DNA of 63,826 nucleotides, counting the filler. It is 7 parts of 7 records of this genome, joined end to end, with 100 filler letters (N's around TTAATTAATTAA, not from the genome) between each part and the next. Parts side by side here need not be neighbours in the genome. Positions count along the whole stretch, not along the records: positions 8,031 to 15,993 come from SRR31147125_20115; positions 16,094 to 21,608 come from SRR31147125_20120; 5 more parts are not named here. One strand, 5' to 3'. Both the position numbers and the translations under genes were made by a program. Below are positions 9,508 to 20,707 of this stretch, in pieces. Positions within the stretch are counted from its first letter, which is position 1, and every line of letters begins with the position of its first letter. The notes beneath the pieces are model-generated. The model was not told the origin of the DNA. It searched no databases and saw nothing but the letters and a program-made list of their open reading frames with translations.

Positions 9508-10086
9508 ATGAAAAAAGTAACATTATTATTATCAGCGATTTTCGTTTTCGGAGTATCGAACATTGTAAAAGCACAAGACGATTCAGATGATTCGCACACA
9601 GTAGCATTCACAGTCCCTGATTTTGCTATACTTGATATAGAAAATTCAGCAGATAAAGATATCACCTTAACTTTAGGTGACGGAACAAACATGGAAGCAG
9701 GTTCTGAATTCAATTTTGCCGGAGGTACAAATAGCGATTTGTGGTTGAATTATACTGCTTTAACAACTAAACAAGGTTCCGGTTGGAATACAAGACAAGT
9801 TACCGTTGAAGTAGATGCTATAGTTACTGGAATTAACTTAAATCTAAATGTTGCAGCGGATGCCGGTAACGGTGATGGTACTGTTGGAACTTCTTCTGCA
9901 ATTGCCGATGCTGTAACTCTTACTGCAACTGCCCAACCTGTAATTACAGGAATTGGTAGCTGTTATACCGGAAACGGAACCAGTAACGGACATAATTTAA
10001 CTTACTCTTTAGAAGCTTCTGATTATGCTTTAATTGAAGCCGGTGCACAATCAGTAACTGTAACTTATACGATTATTGCAGAGTAA
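9508..10086 (+). CDS. Secreted beta-rich protein, putative major fibre/pilin-like subunit
   Basis: Sec signal peptide; WLNYT, GIGSCYTGNG-x3-GHNLTY and terminal VTVTYTI strand shared with paralogs; first gene after the sigma54 promoter. Confidence 0.6.
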   Translation: MKKVTLLLSAIFVFGVSNIVKAQDDSDDSHTVAFTVPDFAILDIENSADKDITLTLGDGTNMEAGSEFNFAGGTNSDLWLNYTALTTKQGSGWNTRQVTVEVDAIVTGINLNLNVAADAGNGDGTVGTSSAIADAVTLTATAQPVITGIGSCYTGNGTSNGHNLTYSLEASDYALIEAGAQSVTVTYTIIAE

Positions 10087-10149
10087 TTGAAAAATATAAT
10101 AAAAGGATTATTTTCTCACCAAGAGAGTGTAATAAAAAATGAGGTAATG

Positions 10150-10179
10150 AAGCAGGCAGAAATGTCTGCTTTTGTTTTT
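10150..10179 (+). terminator. Intra-cluster intrinsic terminator or stabilising hairpin
   Basis: AAGCAGGCA-GAAA-TGTCTGCTT followed by a T-rich tract. Confidence 0.55.
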
Positions 10180-10299
10180 ATTGCATGTCTGTTTTCTTAG
10201 GCCGCTTTCCTTTTTTCTGAGATAAAAATCAGAAATTGTTACCGGCAGAATGAGAACTTTGTAGTGTGCTGATTATCTGTGGCATTGGTAGCTTTGGAC

Positions 10300-10869
10300 A
10301 TGAATTCGAAGGTTGCCATATTAATAGTAGTTTTATTGGGAGGCGTAAGTATGATTGGCCTCGCTCAGTCAAATACTGCAGAGCATAAAATTAATGTTCA
10401 TATTCCCGAGGTTGCCTTATTGGGGCTGGTTTCCGAAGCCAATACATCAGTAGACTTGCAGGCGAACGCTCCATCTGAAGCAGGACAGGCCGTTGATTTT
10501 AATAATACAAATAACGAACGTATTTGGATAAATTACTCGTCAATTATTTCAGGGCAAAACCAAAAACGTAAAGTAATTGCATTTGTTCAAGGAGAAATGC
10601 CACAGGGAATTCAGCTTAAGGTTGAGGCATCTGAATTCTCAGGCTCAGGAAAAGGGAAACTAGGTAAGTCAAATGGATTAGTAACCCTTTCTAATCAACC
10701 TACCGATGTTATAGTAGATATTGGAAGTTGTTATACAGGAAAGGGTGTAAATAATGGACATTATTTGACCTATAAACTGGAGCAGGATGAAAATTCACAA
10801 AATTATGCAATGTTGTCGGAAAAGAATTCGGCTGTTAAAGTTGTTTATACACTCACAGATTACAATTAG
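10300..10869 (+). CDS. Secreted paralog of the putative fibre subunit
   Basis: Signal peptide; WINYS, IGSCYTGKG-x3-GHYLTY and VVYTL. Confidence 0.6.
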   Translation: MNSKVAILIVVLLGGVSMIGLAQSNTAEHKINVHIPEVALLGLVSEANTSVDLQANAPSEAGQAVDFNNTNNERIWINYSSIISGQNQKRKVIAFVQGEMPQGIQLKVEASEFSGSGKGKLGKSNGLVTLSNQPTDVIVDIGSCYTGKGVNNGHYLTYKLEQDENSQNYAMLSEKNSAVKVVYTLTDYN

Positions 10870-11024
10870 ACTATTATTTTCAATTGGTTTTAAACATAAA
10901 GATTTATAATTTTATCTTCCTATAGATGGAGCGCATAAATATTTATTACATATTGAAATAAGGCGAGGCGAACTTGTTTCTTCAAGCAAGTCTCAGGTAA
11001 CAAATGAATAAACCATATAAAATC

Positions 11025-11824
11025 ATGAATAAAGTCTTTCAGTTATTCACACTTTTTGCTTTTTTTCTTTGCTGCCGGTATTGTCTGCTAATGCCGGAAT
11101 TGTTGTGTTAAATGGATTAACTCATGAAAATCAGGTTGAGCCTGGTGAAACCTATCGCGGAAGTATCCAAATACAAAATGCTGGAGCAAGCGGAAAGAGC
11201 GTTCGAGTTTATTTAAGAGATTACTGGTACTCTTATTCAGGAGAAAGTAAGCATGATGCAGGGGGAACATTGGCACGTTCAAATGCAAATTGGATTTCTT
11301 ATAATCCGGAATTGATAACTCTTGATTCAAGCGAAGTAGCTACAATAGACTTTGAAGTTAAAATTCCGGATAATGATACAATTAGAGGAACTTACTGGAG
11401 CGTAATTATGGTAGAAGGAATTAACGAACCCGATACTTCGGTTGTTAACCAGGGAGTAAAAGTTAATACTGCAATTCGTTATGCTGTTCAAATAATTTCA
11501 AATGTTGGCACTACAGGTAAAAACGATCTTCAGTTTTTAGGCCTGGAGTTGGCTAAACAAGATGAAAATAATGTTCTGAACGTAGCCATTGAAAATACAG
11601 GCGAATGTATGCTGCGCCCTGAAATGAATCTTGAGTTGTTCGATGAAAGTGGAAATTCTGTCGGAATAATAAAGACCGACAGAAGACGAACTCTTCCCGG
11701 TACGTCGGTGCTGACTTCGCTCGTGCTAAAAGGCGTTAAGCCAGGGAAATATAATGGTGTGCTGGTAGCAGATTGTGGAGAGGAGCGGTTGTATGGAACC
11801 AACCTTTCGCTTGAAATTGAATAA
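11025..11824 (+). CDS. Two-domain Ig-like exported protein, putative chaperone (PapD/EcpB or DUF916-like); 1-nt frameshift in the signal-peptide T-run
   Basis: ATG 11025 gives a signal peptide 1 nt out of frame with ORF 11069; GTYWSVIMVE and IENTG motifs resemble pilus chaperones. Confidence 0.55.
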
Positions 11825-14800
11825 TGCAGAATAAATGTCGGTATATAGCTGTTTGGTGCTTGTTTCTTTTATTGGGACTAAATGCCGGCGGGCAAACTTC
11901 TGAAAGTATATCTTTGAATTTTATCAGGAAGGAGTTCAACGTTCTTCCCGATAAAGTAATCAATATTCCGCTGTTTGTAAAGAATAATTCAGCAGACTCT
12001 ATTCCTGTAAAATTAAATGTGAATATCCCCGAAGCGTGGAGTTTTGTCACAAAACTTGAGCTTAATATATTAGCGCCTCACCAACAAAAGTTTTTAGTAA
12101 TTAGTACGCGGATACCTGCCTCATGTTTGGTTGGAAGGTATAATGTGGAAGCTGAGATATTGGGGGCAGAAACAGGAGAGTTGTATGCCAAAGAAGTTGC
12201 AGATGTAAGTGTTGCAGAGGTTGAAAATATTTCGCTTCAGTTAATAGAATCAGTTGAAAACATTCTTGCCGGAGAGACTTATAAAGCCCGATATCTGGTA
12301 CAGAATTTAGGAAATACTGAAAAAACGGTTTTTATTGAAACACTCAACTGCGATGTGGAAGGCGATGCGTTGGTAAAACTCCTGCCGGGTGAAAGTTCAA
12401 CGGTTAATGTTGTTAAAAAAATTACGGAAGAAGTTGTAAATACGAGGAAAGAATATATTTCGGTTAGTGCTATGCTGGGAGGAAAACTTCAGGATAAAAT
12501 TTTTCGCCCTTTGATTATTTTTCCTGTAAAGCGTTTTAAGAAAGATTTATATTTTCGATACCCTGTAAATGCTTCGTTGTCGTATCTCGCCTCAAATCCT
12601 GATGATGTTTACGAGTCGGGCTACCAGTTTGAAATTTCGGGTAGGGGCACACTCGATCCGCAAGGGAAACATCGCCTGGAGTTTTTAGCCCGAGGCCCTA
12701 ATAATACCAATCTTAGTTATTTGGGTACTTATGACCAGTATTTTGTAAATTATTCGAACAAGAATGTTGATGTAACGCTTGGAGAAAGAGCTTATAAATT
12801 TACTCCCTTAACAGAATCATCGAGATATGGTATGGGGGCAGAAACCAAAGTTATGTTGAATAATGGTTTATCTGCCGGATTTATTTATGTAAAGCCACGT
12901 TTTTTTGATGATATTCAACACGAAATGGCAGCGTATTCTCAGTACGAGAAAAACAAAAATACCAAGTTGGGATTGTATCTTATTCAAAAGAAGAATACCG
13001 GTGCCGAAGATCTAATCTATCTTTTTAGTTTAAGTTCATCATTTAAACCACTCAAAAAAACGACAGTTGAGCTTGAAGCTTCGCGTGGTTTTTGGGGTAA
13101 TATTGCAGATAATGCATTTAGGGGGCATTTGAATTCACAGTTTTCAATTTTTTCGGTGGCCGGTTCGTATTACAATGCCGGAACAAACTACCCGGGCTAC
13201 TATTCAAATTCAACGTTTTACTCCGGTTCTCTTTCGGCACAACTTTCGAAAAAAGTTAATGTAGGTGTTTTTGCCAGACAGGATTTTTCCAATGCAGAAT
13301 TAGATACTTTTTTTGTTACAGCTCCTTACACCCGGGCCATGCAATATTTCTTTAATTATAATATTGCACCACGAACTTATTTAAAAGTCTATTGGCGCGA
13401 AAATGAACGAAAAGACAGACTTTCCGAAGAGAAGTTTCATTATAAAACCCGTTCGTTAAATTCACAATTAAATCAACGTTTTAATCGGTTTTCTTATTCG
13501 TTGGTGGGAGAGTATGGAAGAACCACAAATTATTTGCTTTCGGAAGTTTCGAACGAGCAAAATACGTACAGGGTATCTACTAATTTGGGATTTCAGTTTA
13601 ATTCCCAGCATTCAGTAAGAGTATTCGGAAGTTATTCGAATTTGAATAGTTTTGTGTCTGATGACCAGCAAAATGTAACTGCCGGATTATCTGTTAGTAG
13701 TAGGTTTGGGCAAAAATTACGGGCGAATTTATATTTACAGAATGCCTATAATATTGATGATTATTATCGGAACCGAAACCTAATGCAGTTTAATTTAGAT
13801 TATAAACTATCTAAGAAACACGAAGTATCTTTTAGAAGTTATTATACACTATTCCGAAGCGAAACCGAAAATCCGGATTTCTTTTTGTCGGCTACTTATA
13901 AATATAAATTCGGTGTGCCAATTAAACAGATGATTAAAGCCGGTGATTTTTCAGGTCGTTTAATTCGGAATGGAGGCGAACCGATTGAAGGTGTTTTGCT
14001 GAAGTTGCTGAATAAAACCGCAATAACCAATAAAAATGGTGAGTTTGAGTTCAGTGCTGTTCCTCCGGGAGTGTATATGTTAAGTATCGATAGGTCGAAA
14101 CTCGAATTTAATGAAATGCCTGATATGCCCCGGCCTATTAAAATTGAAATTATAGAAGATAATGAAACTGTGTTAAATATTGGAATAACACAAGGAGCAA
14201 AATTAAAAGGTAAAATTCTTCCTAAAGCCAGTGATGGGTCAGAATTGAAATCGGCAGATACTCCAGAAGTAGGAAATATTGTGATTGAGTTGAGTAATGA
14301 AATAGAAACATTTAGAATTGTTACAGAGGATGATGGAAGTTTTTCGTTCCCGCTTGTATTGCCGGGGGAATGGACATTGAAAATTTATGAGAACAATATT
14401 CCTAAAGAATATCAACTGCTAAAAAAGGAATATGGATTAAATTTTAAGCCGGGAGATATTATTGAATTTGACATTGACCTGAAACAGAAAAAACGAAAAA
14501 TCATTTTTAAATCACAAAATATTTCGCTTTCCAATTCAGGTAGCGGTGGATTAATTCCATTAAAAACAACAGATAAAGTTTCTGTTTTAAAAACTACACC
14601 TGCAAAAGCCGGAGAAAAGGATATAATCTACACTGTTCAGGTAGGTGCTTTTTCAAAAAAGATTGCACCGTCTTCGTCTTTTTTTAAAGGCAGGCATTTT
14701 GATTTTGAAATGCAAATAAATAACTTATACAAATATTTGATCGGACGTTTTAGTACACTTGCAGAAGCAAAACAGATGCAAAGAAAATTGAAAGAAGACT

Positions 14801-14871
14801 TTAAAGGAGCTTTTGTGGTAGCCATTAAAGACGGCAGGTTAATATATGTAAGTGAATTAAAAAACAAATGA
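11824..14871 (+). CDS. Large exported protein with Ig-like N-terminus, beta-barrel-like core, carboxypeptidase-regulatory-like domains and C-terminal SPOR-like domain; usher-like
   Basis: Signal peptide; amphipathic aromatic beta-strands in the middle; TNKNGEFEF and TEDDGSFSF repeats; YTVQVGAF...AFVV SPOR-like tail. Confidence 0.55.
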   Translation: MQNKCRYIAVWCLFLLLGLNAGGQTSESISLNFIRKEFNVLPDKVINIPLFVKNNSADSIPVKLNVNIPEAWSFVTKLELNILAPHQQKFLVISTRIPASCLVGRYNVEAEILGAETGELYAKEVADVSVAEVENISLQLIESVENILAGETYKARYLVQNLGNTEKTVFIETLNCDVEGDALVKLLPGESSTVNVVKKITEEVVNTRKEYISVSAMLGGKLQDKIFRPLIIFPVKRFKKDLYFRYPVNASLSYLASNPDDVYESGYQFEISGRGTLDPQGKHRLEFLARGPNNTNLSYLGTYDQYFVNYSNKNVDVTLGERAYKFTPLTESSRYGMGAETKVMLNNGLSAGFIYVKPRFFDDIQHEMAAYSQYEKNKNTKLGLYLIQKKNTGAEDLIYLFSLSSSFKPLKKTTVELEASRGFWGNIADNAFRGHLNSQFSIFSVAGSYYNAGTNYPGYYSNSTFYSGSLSAQLSKKVNVGVFARQDFSNAELDTFFVTAPYTRAMQYFFNYNIAPRTYLKVYWRENERKDRLSEEKFHYKTRSLNSQLNQRFNRFSYSLVGEYGRTTNYLLSEVSNEQNTYRVSTNLGFQFNSQHSVRVFGSYSNLNSFVSDDQQNVTAGLSVSSRFGQKLRANLYLQNAYNIDDYYRNRNLMQFNLDYKLSKKHEVSFRSYYTLFRSETENPDFFLSATYKYKFGVPIKQMIKAGDFSGRLIRNGGEPIEGVLLKLLNKTAITNKNGEFEFSAVPPGVYMLSIDRSKLEFNEMPDMPRPIKIEIIEDNETVLNIGITQGAKLKGKILPKASDGSELKSADTPEVGNIVIELSNEIETFRIVTEDDGSFSFPLVLPGEWTLKIYENNIPKEYQLLKKEYGLNFKPGDIIEFDIDLKQKKRKIIFKSQNISLSNSGSGGLIPLKTTDKVSVLKTTPAKAGEKDIIYTVQVGAFSKKIAPSSSFFKGRHFDFEMQINNLYKYLIGRFSTLAEAKQMQRKLKEDFKGAFVVAIKDGRLIYVSELKNK

Positions 14872-15441
14872 ATGAAAGCTTTCTGTAGAATTATCATAAT
14901 AATGATTGTAGGACTAATTTATTATCCGGCAAATGTGTTGGCTCAATGGGCTGGAGAAAAAGTTCTGCCCGTTAATTTTTCGGTGCCTCCCATTGCTTTG
15001 CTCGACATAGAACCGGGAATAAATAACAGTATTTATTTTTCAATTTCACCTACATCTGAATCGGGAGCTTCGCCGGAAATTGCCAATGTTACTAATCAGA
15101 CTTTATGGCTTAATTATTCTTCTGCAATTGAAAGTACACAGGGCCCACGTTCTATAAATGCTCAGATAACCGGGGGAAGTCTGCCTGAAGGAATAACTTT
15201 AAACGTTCTGGCTTCTGAGTATCAGGGAAGCGGTGCGGGAGAGCTGGGACAGCCGGTTGGACAAGTGTCCCTGTCTGAACAATCGCAAACAATTATAACG
15301 GGCGTAGGAAATTGCTATACGGGTGATGGTGAGAATAACGGCCATTCACTAACGTTTTCGATTGATGTTAGTGATTTTTCGAATCTCGCATCAACCAGTG
15401 CTTCGGCAATTACTATTATTTATACAATAAGTGATAATTAA
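14872..15441 (+). CDS. Third paralog of the putative fibre subunit
   Basis: Signal peptide; LWLNYS, GVGNCYTGDG-x3-GHSLTF and IIYTI. Confidence 0.6.
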   Translation: MKAFCRIIIIMIVGLIYYPANVLAQWAGEKVLPVNFSVPPIALLDIEPGINNSIYFSISPTSESGASPEIANVTNQTLWLNYSSAIESTQGPRSINAQITGGSLPEGITLNVLASEYQGSGAGELGQPVGQVSLSEQSQTIITGVGNCYTGDGENNGHSLTFSIDVSDFSNLASTSASAITIIYTISDN

Positions 15442-15452
15442 ACCGGAATGTT

Positions 15453-15953
15453 ATGAGACTACTTTTTATTACAATATGTTATCTCCTCTGTGTTGGGAAA
15501 GTTTATTCGCAACAGCTTGAGATTGAGTTGACGGGCAGCGTTGATTTTAGCAATTCGCTGGTTACTATTTCTGAAGCCGGACTCGATTTTCCGGAATCAC
15601 TTGAGGCAACATCAGAGGTTTATATTTCTATTTTTGATAACGATGATTTGGGCAAGAAGAAGAATCCAAATAATAAATGGACAATCAACGTTAATAAGCA
15701 AGATCTGGAGTGGTGATATGATGCTGGAGGTAATAAGAACCGGGAGCGGATCGAAAGTTGGGAATAATGGTCAACCCAATATTAAGGGAGGTGAAGTTTT
15801 CCATAAATAACCAGCACAGGCACTTATTTTTGTCAGGGTTTGGGCGAAATTGTCGATATTCCGCTTCGATTAAGATTAAGTGGTTTATCTGTAACAATGG
15901 GAGCCGGAGATCATAATTCGGATGTTATCTTTACAATTTATGAGGGGTGGTAA
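15453..15953 (+). CDS. Secreted protein, divergent subunit-like, broken by about two frameshifts
   Basis: Signal peptide; reading continues across frames to ...LSVTMGAGDHNSDVIFTIYEGW*; the next ATG at 15954 runs into the contig end. Confidence 0.45.
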
Positions 15954-15993
15954 ATGAAGTATTTAAGCTATATCGCATTATTTTTTTCTTATA

Positions 15994-16093
15994 NNNNNNN
16001 NNNNNNNNNNNNNNNNNNNNNNNNNNNNNNNNNNNNNTTAATTAATTAANNNNNNNNNNNNNNNNNNNNNNNNNNNNNNNNNNNNNNNNNNNN
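15994..16093. other. Artificial contig linker
   Basis: N-TTAATTAATTAA-N. Confidence 0.98.
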
Positions 16094-17139
16094 TCTCCCT
16101 GTTCGACCGGCTGGCGCCACCGATCGTGCTGACCGACATCAAAATGCCCGGCATGGACGGCATCGACCTGCTTCGGGAGCTCAAACGCCGCAATCCAGAA
16201 ACCGAGGTGATCATGATCACCGGGCACGGGGACATGGACCTGGCCATTCGGAGCCTCAAGCACGAGGCGACCGATTACATCGCCAAACCGATCGATGATG
16301 ACATTCTCGATGTGGCGCTGAGAAGGGCCCGGGAGCGCATTGCCCTAAGGGCTCAGTTGCGGGACTATACGGAGAACCTCGAGCGCATGGTCGAAGAGAA
16401 GAGCCGTCGGTTGATCCAGGCGGAAAGATTGGCCGCCATGGGTGAGACCGTGGCCGGCCTGGCCCACGCCATCAAAAACATTACCGGCGGCCTCAAGGGT
16501 GGCGCCTTTGTGGTTGAAAAGGGGTTCGAACTGGAGAACCGGGAGTATCTCCAACAGGGCTGGCGTATGCTCCGCGACAATGTGGCCCGTGTCGAACAGC
16601 TGAGCCTGGATCTGCTCAATATCGCCAAACCCGGCACCCCCGCTTTCACGCCGACCGATCCCGGAACGCCTCTGCGAGCTGTCTATGATCTGATGCAACC
16701 CCAGGCCGAGACGTTCGACGTCCGACTGAACCTCCATTGCGGCAGCGGTCTGAAACCGGTTCCCATGGAGCCGGAGGCGATCAACCGATGCCTGCTCAAT
16801 CTGGTGACCAATGCCCTGGACGCCTGCAAAGAGAACCTGGGACGCTGTAAGGAGCCGGCGGTGGAGATGGCCGTCGATGCTGTGGACGGCGGCATTTGCT
16901 ACCGCATCAGAGACAACTGCGGAGGAATGGAGAAGGAGGTCGAGGCGCGGCTTTTCAAAGGGTTTCTTACCACCAAAGGGAGCCGCGGCACCGGTATCGG
17001 CCTGATGCTGACCCGTAAGATTGTAGAGAGCCACCGGGGGGAAATTCGGGTGGTTTCTGAAAAGGGCCGGGGCAGTACCTTCGAGATCCGTCTGCCATCT
17101 ACGCAAAACGATTCACCTTCCACCAATTCAGCGATATGA
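16094..17139 (+). CDS. Hybrid response regulator/histidine kinase, 5'-truncated
   Basis: REC TDIKMPGMDG; H-box LAHAIKN; N-box NLVTNALDA; G-box GTGIGL. Confidence 0.92.
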
Positions 17140-17282
17140 GGGTTGCCGGCGCTTTTCGTATTTGTCTAAATATTTGAATTCAAATATAATATAGATCCTT
17201 CTGGCGAATAGAGCTTTGTCGGGAGAAATTTTGGTTCATTCGAATAATCTCATTCAGAAAAAACTTGACGGTTCAGTCTTAT

Positions 17283-17301
17283 CTTCACTATATAAGTCAA
17301 G
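17283..17301. promoter_or_regulatory. Probable Rrf2 operator overlapping the rrf2-hmc promoter
   Basis: Imperfect palindrome CTTCACT-ATATA-AGTCAAG downstream of TTGACG at 17265. Confidence 0.45.
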
Positions 17302-17394
17302 AAACAGTGATATGACGATTCGTTCGTGATGATAGAGTCCGGACCTTCAGGCCTGGCCGGCACGAACGGTTCAATGCCGAAAAGTGGCGATGAG

Positions 17395-17844
17395 ATGCTG
17401 ACTCCGACGAAAAAAGGCCAATACGCTTTGCGCGCCGTCTATGAACTTGCGAAGCGCCGAGGCTCGGGGCCGACCAAAATATCGGCCATTGCCGATGCCC
17501 AAGCCATACCCCATCGATTCCTGGAAGTAATTCTGCACCAGCTCAAAGGCAGTGGATTGGTCGCCTCCAAAAGAGGGTTCTACGGTGGCTACCTGTTGAC
17601 CAAGTCACCTGATAAAATCAGCGTCGGTGAGATTCTCAAGTATATTCACAAGGAGATGGCCGCCGCGGAGTGTGTGGCCTGTATCTCGGTGAAGAGCTGC
17701 CCGTTCGAAGGCAAGTGCGCCTTCTCCGCTTTGTGGCAACGGGCCAAGGCCGCCGTTTTTAAAGTGTACGATGACACCACCTTGCAAGATCTGATCGACG
17801 ACAACGAAGCGGGTAAGGTGTTGGATCCCCGGTGCGTCGCCTGA
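17395..17844 (+). CDS. Rrf2 family transcriptional regulator
   Basis: YALRAVYELA, SKRGFYGGYLL and a C-terminal Cys cluster CVACISVKSCPFEGKC. Confidence 0.92.
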   Translation: MLTPTKKGQYALRAVYELAKRRGSGPTKISAIADAQAIPHRFLEVILHQLKGSGLVASKRGFYGGYLLTKSPDKISVGEILKYIHKEMAAAECVACISVKSCPFEGKCAFSALWQRAKAAVFKVYDDTTLQDLIDDNEAGKVLDPRCVA

Positions 17845-17870
17845 GCGCACCCCTGTGCCAAGGAGTGTCT

Positions 17871-19496
17871 ATGCAAGGACTCACGAAGATGGGCAAAGGT
17901 TTCACTCGATACATCAACAAGCTGTTCATGCTGTCCGGGTTGCTTCTGTTGACCGCGCTGCTGGTCTCCCTGGCCATCGCCATGCAGGAGCAACCGGGGC
18001 TGGATTCGGGGCGGGCCGACATCGTCACCATCGACGGGCTGAAAGCGTTCGGCCCCCTGGAGCGACCCCCTGTCATCTTTCTTCATGACAAGCACACCGA
18101 GGCGCTGGCCAAGGAGAAGAAGGATTGCCTCGCCTGTCATCTAAAAGGCGAAAAGTATCTCTCGCTCAAATACCAGCGTACCGAGGACACGGACAAGCAG
18201 GCCGTCATGGACACCTATCACAAAGGGTGCATCTCCTGCCATACGGAGTATCGCAAGCAGGACAAACCCTCCGGTCCGGTCACCTGCGGTGAGTGCCATG
18301 TCCAGAATAAAACGGTGGAAAATATCCGTGCCGCTATCGGGCTGGACAAGTCGCTGCACTACCGGCATGCCAAAGCCAATGAGAACAAGTGCGAGCGTTG
18401 CCATCACGCATACAATCCCGAAACCAAAAAACTCTTTTATGACAAAGGCAAAGAGGGCGCCTGCCTGTACTGCCACAAGGAGAAAACAGAGGAGAACCGC
18501 ATCGCCATTCGGCAGGCGGCTCATATGGACTGCCTGGGTTGCCACCGGGATCTGACGGCAAAGAAGAAGGATGCGGGACCAATCGTTTGCGCCGGCTGCC
18601 ACGATCCCAAAGAGCAGGCCTACATTGCCAAGGTGGAGGAGATCCCCCGGTTGGAGCGCAACCAGCCGGATATCACCCTGGTAAAGAGCCACAGAAAAGA
18701 TGCCGCTGAAAAGGACCCCAAACCGCGCATGGCTGTGGTCCCGTTCGACCACCGCAAGCATGAAGGCTTTGCCCGGTATTGCCGCACCTGTCACCACGCC
18801 GAACTCACCTCCTGTGCCGGTTGCCATCCGATTCAGGGGCATGCGGATGGAAAGATGGTCAAGCTGGCCCAGGCCATGCATCAGCAGGATGCGCAGATGA
18901 GCTGTATCGGCTGCCACAAAGAGCAGCAATTGCGGCCCGAGTGCGCCGGTTGCCACGCCAGCATGCCGGCCGAAAAGGTTTGGGCCAGTGAGGTGGCCTG
19001 TAAGGTTTGCCATATGCCCCAGGAAACACCGGTAACGCGACCTGAGGACGAAACACTGGCCAGGGAGATGGCCGCACCGCTGATCGAAGATCGCCGTCAG
19101 GTGCCGGCGGCAGTGTCGATCGAGGACATCCCCGAAGTCGTGACCATCGACCATTTGATGGATACCTACGAGGCGGTAAAGATGCCCCACCGCCAGATCG
19201 TGATGAAACTGGCCCAACTGGTGAAAGACGATGGATTGGCCCGCTCGTTTCACACCGAGCCGACCACCCTCTGCCAGGGGTGCCATCACAACAGCCCGGC
19301 TTCGATCAAGCCGCCGCAATGCGGCGCCTGCCACGGCAGGACTTCGGACGCACTGAACATCACCCGGCCCGGATTGATGGCGGCCTACCACGAGCAGTGC
19401 ATGCTGTGTCACGAAAAGATGGAGATCGGCAAGCCGGCCAAGCGCGATTGCGCGGCCTGCCATGCCAAGCGCACATCATCTCAGCGCAACAATTGA
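17871..19496 (+). CDS. hmcA: 16-heme high-molecular-weight cytochrome c HmcA
   Basis: 16 CXXCH motifs counted; signal peptide; AGGAG RBS; followed by hmcB and hmcC. Confidence 0.92.
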   Translation: MQGLTKMGKGFTRYINKLFMLSGLLLLTALLVSLAIAMQEQPGLDSGRADIVTIDGLKAFGPLERPPVIFLHDKHTEALAKEKKDCLACHLKGEKYLSLKYQRTEDTDKQAVMDTYHKGCISCHTEYRKQDKPSGPVTCGECHVQNKTVENIRAAIGLDKSLHYRHAKANENKCERCHHAYNPETKKLFYDKGKEGACLYCHKEKTEENRIAIRQAAHMDCLGCHRDLTAKKKDAGPIVCAGCHDPKEQAYIAKVEEIPRLERNQPDITLVKSHRKDAAEKDPKPRMAVVPFDHRKHEGFARYCRTCHHAELTSCAGCHPIQGHADGKMVKLAQAMHQQDAQMSCIGCHKEQQLRPECAGCHASMPAEKVWASEVACKVCHMPQETPVTRPEDETLAREMAAPLIEDRRQVPAAVSIEDIPEVVTIDHLMDTYEAVKMPHRQIVMKLAQLVKDDGLARSFHTEPTTLCQGCHHNSPASIKPPQCGACHGRTSDALNITRPGLMAAYHEQCMLCHEKMEIGKPAKRDCAACHAKRTSSQRNN

Positions 19497-19506
19497 GGGA
19501 ATACGC

Positions 19507-20589
19507 ATGTCGATTTCACGCAGGAAATTTTTGGGTTGGATGGGCGCCGCAGGAGTGGCCGGCGCCACGAGCCGAACGGCCAGGGCGGCCTCCAACAAAG
19601 AGTTTAAAGGCTACGCCGACAGCAATGCCGTGCTGCATGACATCACCCGCTGCATCGGTTGCCGCAGGTGCGAGGCGGCCTGCAACACCGTCAATGAACT
19701 GCCGGCGCCCGATAAGCCCTTCGATGACCTGACGGTCCTTGAAATGCGCCGGCGCACCACGGCCAAGGACTATACCATCGTCAACCGCCACTTTTCCCAC
19801 GACAATGACCAGCAGCCCGCTTTTGTAAAGACGCAGTGCAATCACTGCCTCGAGCCGGCCTGCGCGTCGGCCTGTTTCGTCAAGGCGTTCACCAAAACGC
19901 CCGAGGGGGCTGTGGTGTACAATGCCGATGTGTGCGTGGGGTGCCGCTACTGCATGGTCGCCTGCCCGTTCGATGTACCGGCATACGAGTACCACAAGGC
20001 GCTGGACCCCAAAATCATGAAGTGCACCATGTGCCATCCGCGCATCCTCGAAGGCAAACTTCCGGGCTGCGTCGAAGCGTGCCCCACCGAGGCGCTGGTT
20101 TTCGGCAAGCGCGATGAGTTGATTCGCGTGGCCAGGGACCGCATCCACACCTACCCCGAACGCTATGTGGATCACATATATGGCGAAAAGGAGATGGGCG
20201 GGACCAGCTGGCTCTACTTGTCGGCAGTGCCGTTTTCGGAATTGGGCTTGCGGGAAGATCTCGGCACCAGGGCGGCTGGCGAGTATACATCGGGCGCACT
20301 GGGCGCCGTGCCGATTGTCATCGGACTGTGGCCGGTGCTGCTCACCGGCATATACGCCATCAACAAGCGCAAGGAGAAGATCTCCGCCGAAGAACAGGCC
20401 GCCGCGGTAGCCAGTGCTGTGGAGCAGGCCAACAGTGAGGCCGAAGGACGACTCAAGGCGGCCATGGAAAAGGCGGAGAAGGATCAGGCAGCGGCAGTCG
20501 AGCGAGAGGTGAAACAGGCGCTGGAAGAGGCCGCCAAAGCCAACGAGAATCCGGAAGCGTCCGACAGCGGTGAAGAGGACCAGGCGTAA
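19507..20589 (+). CDS. hmcB: Hmc complex 4Fe-4S subunit HmcB
   Basis: Tat signal SRRKFL; four Fe-S Cys groups; C-terminal TM followed by an Ala/Glu-rich coiled tail. Confidence 0.9.
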   Translation: MSISRRKFLGWMGAAGVAGATSRTARAASNKEFKGYADSNAVLHDITRCIGCRRCEAACNTVNELPAPDKPFDDLTVLEMRRRTTAKDYTIVNRHFSHDNDQQPAFVKTQCNHCLEPACASACFVKAFTKTPEGAVVYNADVCVGCRYCMVACPFDVPAYEYHKALDPKIMKCTMCHPRILEGKLPGCVEACPTEALVFGKRDELIRVARDRIHTYPERYVDHIYGEKEMGGTSWLYLSAVPFSELGLREDLGTRAAGEYTSGALGAVPIVIGLWPVLLTGIYAINKRKEKISAEEQAAAVASAVEQANSEAEGRLKAAMEKAEKDQAAAVEREVKQALEEAAKANENPEASDSGEEDQA

Positions 20590-20707
20590 ACGATACCGGA
20601 TCGATTCAGATTCGGTCGAAGCATTCAAGTGGTCGTATCACAGCGTGCGCTGCGCGCATGAACAGCCCCGATGAGACGAGATGATATGGGGCTTCAGGAG
20701 GCTTTTC

